Part shown: in pieces, positions 22,101 to 28,552 of the stretch
Layout: every line of letters starts with the position of its first letter
How positions within the stretch are numbered: the first letter of the stretch is position 1
From: an uncultured virus (IMG/VR IMGVR_UViG_3300023174_000066)
Lineage: Duplodnaviria; Heunggongvirae; Uroviricota; Caudoviricetes
DNA: 64,000 nt
Direction: 5' to 3' (one strand)
IMG/VR virus record: IMGVR_UViG_3300023174_000066
Program-made: the position numbers and the translations under genes
Notes under the pieces: model-generated
What the model saw: the letters and a program-made list of their open reading frames with translations, nothing else
Told to the model about the DNA's origin: nothing
Database searches by the model: none

Positions 22101-25100
22101 GCCTCATTGTACGATCAAGAACCTCTTTATCAAAGACATAGAAGTTGTGCCCACCAATAATAGACCCTTGAGGTATGAAGTCCATAACTTGCTGCATAAC
22201 TTCTTTTTTCGTGGGGAACTGAGACAAGAATTCGGGAGTAACTTTTCCGCCCTTGCCGTCACCTACGCCGCTAAGAGTGTAAGCACTGAGCTTTGATTCA
22301 GGATTAATATATGTCGAAAATACATCTACAACTTGTAGGTTTTTAACCTTAGAAATAGCAATCTGGACGGGGTCGTTTTTGATTTCTGGATCGTCAAGAT
22401 CTACAAGTCCGGTAGTTTCAAAGTCAATGATGTAGAACTCTGAGTTCTTCAACAGCGAGACAACATCGTCCCAAGAAGTTGCTCCTTTGAGAAGATCAAA
22501 CGCAGGCCCAGCAAAGGTTGGTGGGTCAACGTAAGGACTTCTTGGCTTATCGACCTGAGTTGGAATGGTAACCATCTTGTCAATCTCTGAAACAAGTTCT
22601 TGGTCTTCTGGGGTTCCAGCAAAAACGCCAGCCTTATAAAGACCAACAAGGTCTAGAACAGCAGACTTTGCTCTAGTTAAGGCATCCCTGTCTGATGCTT
22701 TTTTACTTCGGGGGCTGCCGTAGATTCCCGGGGCATCGGCCCTAATTGTAAGAAGTCCCTCAGCAATTTGCTCGAGTCTGTCGTTCAACTCTCGAGGAGT
22801 TAAAAGAGGATTACGTCGGCCAAGATGCATGGTGTAGTGGATGACGTTTAGGTCCCCGTTTGCAGCTTGTAGAATTTTGCGTGCACCGGCACTAAGTTTG
22901 TCGGGGGTTAGGCTGTACAGATCTGCAAAAACGCCAAACACGCTTCGAATGCCACGGCGGAGTCGCGCTAGGTCTGCTCGAAGAGCCTGCCCGGCCAAGA
23001 ACTCGTCGTTAACAATAAAGGAGTCTTCATCTGGAGTAGAGACAATAGTGTTGACAACATTAATTGGTGTCCCAGCTTCTAGAGCCTTGTTAATCTCTTC
23101 TTCTGTCGGTCCAAGCCACTTACCAGGAAACTTTGGCGTGTACCCTTCAGGAATCTCGACAAGGCGCTTACCTTCTGCACCATTACGAAGCCCTGCTACC
23201 TCGTATCCCTTTTTAATTGACTGCTCTAGGATATGCTTGTCGTGAGCATTTTCAATTTCTTTATACTTATTTAAATATTTAGTAGAGACTTCTTCTCGAG
23301 TCATGTCCGGGATGGCTTTTACCATTTCTTCCCACTCAGACGCATCGCTAATAAAGTTTCTAAAGCGAATGCGCTCAAGAGCGCGAAGCATTCTCGGGGT
23401 TGGGGTTGTTTTCCCACCTTCGGGCAGGTTAGATTTTAAAACACCAACTGCACTGTACTTCTTACGATTAGGCAGCGCTTGAAGAGTATCAATTATTTCT
23501 TTAATAATTTTTCTTGGCTGGTTCGGGATTATCCTTGTGAGACGGTCAATTTCGTCAGCAGAGATGTCTTTGTTTTCAAATAAGAACTCGACCATTGCAA
23601 GCATGGCATCACTAGGGATAAAGCCCTCTTGAGTCATATTAGTGAATAGGTAGTTTGGCTTTAAGTTAGTTGGAACAATCGTGTTGTTGTTTGTTGAAGA
23701 ACTGTCGTCTCCAATTGCTTTTTGGAGCTCAGTAATTGCGTTTGAGGCCTCTCTGGCCCAGTATCCTAAGTAACTTGCTCTAATTGAATTGAGTCTATCT
23801 TCAGGAATGGCATTGCCGACGCGCTTAAGAAGTCTTTCAATAAGAGCTTTCTGGGCGGGCGTAATTCTTCCTCTTTGACCGACCTTAGACTCAGCGGGGG
23901 TCGTAGGTCCGCTAGGAGTTCCGGTGTCTGTCGAAGTGGACACGACTTCTGCAGGCTTAGATCCATTAATAATATAAAACAAACGACGAGCTTCGGCGTT
24001 GGTGTACTCGTCTCGGTTGTCTCTAATTGCGTCGTAAGCACGTCGCATTTCGGGAGTGTGGTCAGGGTTGGCAAATAAAAGCTTACGAAGGGCAGTAAAT
24101 CTGCTTCCCGTAACGGGACCGTCTGGATCTTCGCCAACCAGTCGAATGGCACTCTTGTCTTCTTCTGTCGGAGCGAGGAAGTCGTGCACATCAAAACCTG
24201 TCGCAGACCCGACGCCATCTTTAAGGAAATTAAGAACGTCGATAGTGTCTTGAAGCAAGTCAAAAGAAAAATTACGGTAGTTAGCCTGTACCTGGTCTTT
24301 TGTAACTCCCTCTCTACCGCCAATTTTAATTCCGTTTTCTGGAAAATTGACAACAGCAAGTAAGTCACGAATAATTTGACGTCGAGCAGCACTAAGCTTT
24401 CCGTAGCTTGTTTCGTTACCGCGAGACTCTGCCCGGTCAGGTTGCTTGTTAAAAATACCTAAAAGTTTGCGTGCTTGCTGAGTAATAAAGTTGTCGCGTA
24501 ATGTTGCCATTTCGTCAAAGATGTCGACCATCTCAGGAGTAAGCTCTTTTTGGTCATACTTTTTGTGCACAGTCGAAAAAAGAGCAGCACTAATTGGGTC
24601 AGTTGCTCCCTTAATAGAGAGGTCCTTTTCGCTCATAGCAACCAGCTCTTCGCGGCCTGGCGTCAGGTCATTGCGGTTGGGAGCCATTTTGTCGAGATCG
24701 CTGTCTGGGATCTCGGTTGGGTTGAATCTAATAGCGGTTACAAGCTCTTCAACTCCGTCCCAGTTAAATGCAACACCAATAGTCTCATTGGTGGCAAAAT
24801 CAGTAACCTCAAAGACGTCGTCAAGGTGTACTGCATTTCCGTCTTCTTCAACAGTAAATAGCGCGCGACCAAAACGTGCTTGATATCCGGTATAAGGATC
24901 AATGAAAACATTTGGAATATTTTCAATCCAGTTTTTGGGCTTGTCTGCTCTAGGATCAATTGCAGCAGGAGTTTCGCCTTCCTGCGTTTCTTCCTCTTCG
25001 GGCTCTTCGTCTCTTGGTGCTATTCTGTCAAGTGGGACGGGGCTTGGACCTCTGTCAACTTCGGGAAGTGGCTCGTTTTCTGCTTCTGGGTACGACGCAT

Positions 25101-26310
25101 CTTCTTCAGTTGCAAGCTTTTGTACGGATGCCCAATCTTGAGCATAGCCAACAACCTCGGTCTGACCACGCTTCGTTGAAATAAGTTCGTAAACGGGGAA
25201 GTCAGGGCTTAGGGTGTCGGTTCCAGATGAGCTAATTACCTGAGCATTAAAAACCTCTCGAGCGTCTGAAACACGTCGAGCAAGAGCACGTCCTTCATTC
25301 TCATTCTCAAAGTAGTTTGCTCTATATCCGTCACCAGTTGCATAAGTCTTCTTAGGGGCCATCTTATCAATGCCGGGGACCTCTACAGAAGAGCGTGACT
25401 CAAACCAACTTGTCGGAAACTCTTTGCGGCGAAGAGTTGCAAGATCAACAAACTGCACATTTCTGTCAGGAGAGACATCGATTGATTTTGAAATTGCGTG
25501 TTCAGGAAGAATTGCCTTGAATGTGTGAGAAATATTGGAAGGAATAGTGTAGATACCATTTTTTAGGCCCTTAACACCAGAAACTTCAACATCAATACCT
25601 TCTGGGTCATTTTCAGGAAGACCAGCGATCTTACCAACAATTGATAGGAGTCTTCCGTTAGGAAGTCGTCCATAGAATCGAACTCCACCGCCCATTTCAG
25701 CAAATTGGCCTTCATCGTCACGACGCTGCTTGTTTGCACGCATGGCACGGTGCCAGAAGCTGTTTTTACCAGCATAAGGATCGCCAAACGCCAAGAGTGG
25801 TGTAATTAAGAGGTCGGACGGGACCTGACCTTCTCCAAGGGATTGAAGGCGTGTCAAATGATAGGTGCGCTCGACAGAAAATGGGTTACTGGCATAGACA
25901 GAAGCAACAATTGCACGCGCTTCGTCTGAAACAATTCGTGGGTCAGCTGCAAGCCACTCAGCTTGAAGAGAGCGGACAGTGTCAAAAGAAAGGTCGGCTT
26001 GCTTCTTGGAATATGGGTTAGAAATTGGCAAAAGATCTGCGTGCTTAGCGGATCCGCTAGCTGTAATGCCCTGAGTAGCTAGAGTAATAAAACTATTGAC
26101 TTCACGAAGAGTATTGAAGAACTTTACGTCACTATCGAAGTTAGAGTAGAAAGCAAGGGCACGCTCGGCAACCTGAAAAAGAGCTTCTTCATCAACCATG
26201 CGCGCTTGAGGAGCCTCGACACGGGTCGATTCAAGAATATCAATAATGGCGTGCTTAAGATTTAGCTCGTCACCAAACTCTGCATCAAATGCGTCAACTA
26301 AACTGCTCAC
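16147..26310 (-). CDS. Giant polyvalent protein, 3387 aa: DEDDh 3'-5' exonuclease, UvrD/SF1 helicase, ArdC-like ssDNA-binding plus zincin domains, DnaG primase core
   Basis: Exonuclease IIDFETTG, GHN..FD, HEADAD. SF1 helicase AYAGVGKT, DEAQD, GDRNQSMYRFRG, LTQSWRFG, TAHNAKGLE, YVAITRA. ArdC LPWQKPW, YRRGNLLWL, HELTH, EELVAEIGS. Primase YLTSRG, EGQMDV, DPDAAG, DPAD. Confidence 0.88.
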   Translation of the reverse strand: MSSLVDAFDAEFGDELNLKHAIIDILESTRVEAPQARMVDEEALFQVAERALAFYSNFDSDVKFFNTLREVNSFITLATQGITASGSAKHADLLPISNPYSKKQADLSFDTVRSLQAEWLAADPRIVSDEARAIVASVYASNPFSVERTYHLTRLQSLGEGQVPSDLLITPLLAFGDPYAGKNSFWHRAMRANKQRRDDEGQFAEMGGGVRFYGRLPNGRLLSIVGKIAGLPENDPEGIDVEVSGVKGLKNGIYTIPSNISHTFKAILPEHAISKSIDVSPDRNVQFVDLATLRRKEFPTSWFESRSSVEVPGIDKMAPKKTYATGDGYRANYFENENEGRALARRVSDAREVFNAQVISSSGTDTLSPDFPVYELISTKRGQTEVVGYAQDWASVQKLATEEDASYPEAENEPLPEVDRGPSPVPLDRIAPRDEEPEEEETQEGETPAAIDPRADKPKNWIENIPNVFIDPYTGYQARFGRALFTVEEDGNAVHLDDVFEVTDFATNETIGVAFNWDGVEELVTAIRFNPTEIPDSDLDKMAPNRNDLTPGREELVAMSEKDLSIKGATDPISAALFSTVHKKYDQKELTPEMVDIFDEMATLRDNFITQQARKLLGIFNKQPDRAESRGNETSYGKLSAARRQIIRDLLAVVNFPENGIKIGGREGVTKDQVQANYRNFSFDLLQDTIDVLNFLKDGVGSATGFDVHDFLAPTEEDKSAIRLVGEDPDGPVTGSRFTALRKLLFANPDHTPEMRRAYDAIRDNRDEYTNAEARRLFYIINGSKPAEVVSTSTDTGTPSGPTTPAESKVGQRGRITPAQKALIERLLKRVGNAIPEDRLNSIRASYLGYWAREASNAITELQKAIGDDSSSTNNNTIVPTNLKPNYLFTNMTQEGFIPSDAMLAMVEFLFENKDISADEIDRLTRIIPNQPRKIIKEIIDTLQALPNRKKYSAVGVLKSNLPEGGKTTPTPRMLRALERIRFRNFISDASEWEEMVKAIPDMTREEVSTKYLNKYKEIENAHDKHILEQSIKKGYEVAGLRNGAEGKRLVEIPEGYTPKFPGKWLGPTEEEINKALEAGTPINVVNTIVSTPDEDSFIVNDEFLAGQALRADLARLRRGIRSVFGVFADLYSLTPDKLSAGARKILQAANGDLNVIHYTMHLGRRNPLLTPRELNDRLEQIAEGLLTIRADAPGIYGSPRSKKASDRDALTRAKSAVLDLVGLYKAGVFAGTPEDQELVSEIDKMVTIPTQVDKPRSPYVDPPTFAGPAFDLLKGATSWDDVVSLLKNSEFYIIDFETTGLVDLDDPEIKNDPVQIAISKVKNLQVVDVFSTYINPESKLSAYTLSGVGDGKGGKVTPEFLSQFPTKKEVMQQVMDFIPQGSIIGGHNFYVFDKEVLDRTMRQAGLEGLNPSGYLDTLGLARHMMPKWSPENPDAPYKIGSRWDDAQKRRLYGVQVPAHTLEALVTYFGLSNNGRHEADADVASTVDVLNAMFDRAQRGLALGGAEFSYEKSLNGWDQEKYDSAVAEYEEKAVAYWISRYKRILALQGLTAEDIENQMISDFKSMTENLTISSENRDAIVTPVPATIKGLPGGTYAFNISDGRVGQVVGLIPGGNLLVNYLAVGGEREQKFNLEQTPAQQLSPVTNRYISKNGILIDYGMNVTKGSSDQVARVLGFGTNVGEVLVGYAESVYPEKAANLVVAESSNLDGANQDHYSQILNLVDQLLSRKGITSEIAEAYKSAVKTKTYSNRAANGIIVRLKNAIDQFDLLDANSDIADSLPQGGFPAGKPEIDKMAARKKKDAVPDISSLPDLFSGVEEELDLKFPPTEEGRQIINAILNQRGVSAEAYAGVGKTSLAVVLSAAYKKLNPKSRVLNLVFNKETQLDAERRMPKFVESRTSHSVSKAASANRSMSTKFDEQSNLTASYHARVNLRIPGALMDFFGFFESNDFNVDMSDKKYQVAMSKENRLAAVARIIGTDDPEAVSEWLKKASKYDMKELFDEMYAAYQFENPNAPRIDKLPQRLDTASGFPKNAPRLTAERIIVATFKNWVLSSDASPNIRHIDMIEEMGDYAPESYEEYFFYIDMAGRMWKDVTDPLDREGPQIQIDFDMMTKNWGLTRPNLKEIGSDNKSPHGLRSGAPDLVILDEAQDINEVLGGILADQQDLHKVDIVFLIIGDRNQSMYRFRGTINAFEVIKTDYMLPLTQSWRFGPELAKVADKILKHLGNEKDLTGNPYKTTEILKAGSMDDPDLLLARTNSGIVEALYYFRILQGNSVIFGTTINFKKRILENMRTLKWLRYGANPQYRPKTIPAELANFLTWDMFMAAAAEDRELKVYKNLIYQVKSTSRLKKESEAIEEIIDMVEKLSLKRETFRMPATIGSEGSIGGNISFRREKDKVYLVNSTFNKKYGDGIFDNRQVLERLGYVKEDYEYAPGKTAPRFVKNVAANFEMQLTDLVFSLNGDDIVIRFMTAHNAKGLEGQRVKLWNDFYDPREGAESRNRAFSEDELNNGYVAITRAEDALDPGSLEWVVTGDLKELESHRFADESGDVAPQAQTPEIDRMAPKSDDNEIPTESGPGSDLEPLDEAGAAEVRSSNQKFAEEWGNQMIKAIQESGKLPWQKPWSVDGTLPTSGSSGKVYRRGNLLWLNIMGEIRGYTGTRWYTANAIKKMGGYVEDTAVPESISFVSTVKKTEKEVTQVPDPNDPNKVIDQVREVEKKFPRVGYYSVYNEDQIRGITLPPAPKLRKIETLDAETIILDSYTNKPPIFNFPQDRAFWNPEFDSIFLPLRNQFSSAEDYFATLTHELTHSTGDPSRLNRKDLIENYGAHIESRAREELVAEIGSAMLSQIFNIDVTYDNSVAYVADWLEALKDNPAMITEAATLAGQAVEHILGGYWLSIEKGFVEADAENEITPTEAIGAETGIITGASGEFNGLGGGVNYRIEGDQIILLGDTKKYKDEIKSVTVDNNGRPFKFFWHGKSGTWRLSLGGDDAPRRRVEALQALKDLIAASGGPGAEIDKMAAKVPGEDNEEVTKRLYALNKAAAEFYENNLTSASKYSPAIKYLTSRGFNINDAKKFQLGRAAGYNKGGGWKALTNHLTELGFSKEDMVLSGLVNIKEGTGTIYDVLIVGSTGDDKIVIPLKDADGNILAFTARTVNPEDDARYVYTKASPIFKKSESVFGLDVARKGIQKRNQIFFVEGQMDVIAMQAAGIDNAVAIMGSEFTKAHINMFMGLTKPGDKPFREMVFFLDPDAAGRKAARRALKIGYDYPILHSMVNRPVSVSDGEATKDSNDPADIYKEGGKEALLAAIKNRLDLESGLLMEGFFEWSLSGQTYESLMSIVATLASITSPSAREQIIRFWAERLGMSYNELKELVDEKIQRDL

Positions 26311-28541
26311 TCTGGTTCACTTTCTGTTTGTTGCTTAGGAAGTAGATCTGCGTCTTTGCTGTCGTATAGGTTGATTGCTAATTCGGCTGCCCGGTCGAAG
26401 GGGGACTCGTTATTGGCAACTCCCCGACGCCACGCTGCTCTAAAGATGGGAATAGATTCGTAGCCAAGACCTGAATACTCAGCCAGGGCATAAAGCGCAT
26501 CCTCTGGGCTCTGGTATGTTGACTCATCTTCAATCTGAATGTAGAGCTCTCTTTCGGCGTAACCAGTGGCCGTCATTGCCGAAGCGGTCCTGCTACTCTT
26601 GGGGTGGCCGCTAGGGAGCAAGTCGTTGTCTTGCGTATATTTGGAGTTTGAGGGGCTACCAGACTTTACTAGCTTAAGGAACGCGTTGACTCGGGCGTGC
26701 GCCCATGAGTTGCGGTTCTGGTCTGGGCGGTGGCTGGTCGAGAATGCTCCAGCACCACGGCGGTAGACTGCCTTAAGCATTGAGAGAGTGACCTTCTTTG
26801 AATCGGCGGTGACGCTCTTGTTGTGGGTCTCAACTTTTTCCTTAAGTGAGTCCTCAACCTTTTTGGAGAAGGTGACCTTACGTCCGCTAGAGGCGGAACC
26901 CTTTTTGTTCTTGTCAGAACCCTTGATCTGGTCTTTCTTGGGGGCTGGCTTAGATCCAGCAGTGGCGGTTACAGACGCTTCATTGTCTGGAACGCAGTTG
27001 GGGACCATCTTTCCGTTTTTCTCTTTCATTCCAACCTGCTTGTAGCCGTCCCAGCAGGGTCCGTCGGAGGCAAACTCCATGTCTTCTGGGTCGATAAGAA
27101 TTGGGTCAAATCCTGTGGACTCAATTGAGGAAGTTTTTTTCTGAACGTCTTCAGTAATTGGTCCGCCGGCTGCCCAGGCGTTACAGGTGCGGCTAGCAGC
27201 GCACTTAAAGTCTAGAGCGGTGCAGTAGCCGAGCTCTGCTTGGTCAATTGCGTCCCATGCGCTTGCTTCGCCGGAGCCGCCGTCGGCAATTCCGGTTTCG
27301 ATGCAGTCTAGGGTCTTTGGGCGGCGGTCAAAGAAGACGCAGTTGCCACAAATACTCTTTTTGGCTTCCATGGGGTCAATATTCCAACGGTCGCCCTTGT
27401 CCTGCCAGAACTCGTCGTTGGGCTCTGCTGGGTTGAGGGGGCCGTAGCCAACATTGTCGATTGCCTTTTGGCGGTTTTCGATGTTGAGCGCAATGTCCTG
27501 AGTTGCGGGAGGGCAGGCATCTCCGTAGTCAGCGTCAGCAAGCAGGGGCTTTCGGTGCTTGGGACGTTTGGTGACGTCGTTCATATCAATCATCTCAGCG
27601 GGAGCGCCCGCTCCGCCAGAAAACTCTCCTGGACGGTATTCGTGGTTGCCTTTAGTTTTCCCTGCGGGGGCTTTTGACGGGTCAACGGCTCCGTCGGGAA
27701 GAACTGCGAAACGGCAGTAACCCTCGGGGTGAACAGAGAACGCAACAACGGCGCACTTGTCTCCGCCTTGGTAAAGAACGCAGTTTCCGCACTTTACGCC
27801 CATCTCAGCGTATGGATTGTCTTCGGGCTCGTGATAATCCGCCCAAATACCAGTTTGATCTTCGTCAAACTTTCCATATTTGTCAGCAATTTCAACAAGA
27901 GCTCGAGCTAGGTCTTTTTCTTCAGGAACTAAACGTCCAGCGGCAACAAGAGCGTTTCTACTGGTAAAAACAGTTGGCTGAAGTTCCACAACTACGGGGT
28001 GCATGCCCTCGTGAGTTGCATTTACAGGAACTTCAGCCTCAGATTTTCCCAAGGGAGCCGAAACTGACATTGAGTCAGCCCCAATCGTGGTTCCGATCTG
28101 CCAAATCCACTTATCAACGATGTCAATGCGTCCCGCAAGGAAATCTGCGATTCCCTGAGCACTAATAGCATTTGCAACAGCAAAAGCGTCGTTAAGCTTG
28201 GCGCAGTGAGCAACGTAGGCCATATAGAGGTTGGCCGACATCTCCATTGGGTCGCCAGAGGCGGGTCGGACCTCAATGCAGCTCAGTGCAGCGAGTTCGA
28301 GGAGGAAGTGGGGGGCGTCAAAGCCGAGCTTGCGGATATTTTCAGCAATGGGGTCCTCGGCCTCCGCTGCATCTTCATAAAGCTCCTGGAAAAAGTCGTG
28401 AAACTGAATAAATTCAGGTCCTTTGACGTTCCAGTGGTATCCGTGAGCAAGATAGTGAATTGTAACGTTGTCAGCGAGGATGCACGCAAGTAATTTTGCT
28501 AGCCCTTCCTTACTGAGCTCGTATTCTGATTCTTTGTACAT
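26307..28541 (-). CDS. Multidomain head-region protein, 744 aa, with N-terminal Dps/ferritin-like domain and Cys-rich (HiPIP-like) modules
   Basis: Dps signature AHGYHWNVKGPEFIQFHDFFQELYE...D.IAE.IR.LG. Cys modules CGNC..Y....C.VV...V.PEGYC and CGNC...GYC...FKC...RTC.AW. PCW.GY...G.K...G.MVPNCVP motif. LKAVYRRG...WA.ARVNAFL domain. Confidence 0.8.
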   Translation of the reverse strand: MYKESEYELSKEGLAKLLACILADNVTIHYLAHGYHWNVKGPEFIQFHDFFQELYEDAAEAEDPIAENIRKLGFDAPHFLLELAALSCIEVRPASGDPMEMSANLYMAYVAHCAKLNDAFAVANAISAQGIADFLAGRIDIVDKWIWQIGTTIGADSMSVSAPLGKSEAEVPVNATHEGMHPVVVELQPTVFTSRNALVAAGRLVPEEKDLARALVEIADKYGKFDEDQTGIWADYHEPEDNPYAEMGVKCGNCVLYQGGDKCAVVAFSVHPEGYCRFAVLPDGAVDPSKAPAGKTKGNHEYRPGEFSGGAGAPAEMIDMNDVTKRPKHRKPLLADADYGDACPPATQDIALNIENRQKAIDNVGYGPLNPAEPNDEFWQDKGDRWNIDPMEAKKSICGNCVFFDRRPKTLDCIETGIADGGSGEASAWDAIDQAELGYCTALDFKCAASRTCNAWAAGGPITEDVQKKTSSIESTGFDPILIDPEDMEFASDGPCWDGYKQVGMKEKNGKMVPNCVPDNEASVTATAGSKPAPKKDQIKGSDKNKKGSASSGRKVTFSKKVEDSLKEKVETHNKSVTADSKKVTLSMLKAVYRRGAGAFSTSHRPDQNRNSWAHARVNAFLKLVKSGSPSNSKYTQDNDLLPSGHPKSSRTASAMTATGYAERELYIQIEDESTYQSPEDALYALAEYSGLGYESIPIFRAAWRRGVANNESPFDRAAELAINLYDSKDADLLPKQQTESEPE

Positions 28542-28552
28542 GGTTATTTTCC

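Noticed and set aside
3691..25377. DKM motif as internal translation starts or a DNA repeat
   Set aside because: There is no consistent Shine-Dalgarno upstream, codons vary synonymously and one copy has Ile instead of Met. A peptide-level role fits better, although internal starts are not formally excluded.
1928..26310. Inteins, reverse transcriptase/DGR, RNA polymerase or stop-codon recoding in the giant genes
   Set aside because: No Hint (C...HN), YxDD RT or RNAP catalytic motifs were recognised, and the ORFs are fully open in the standard code.
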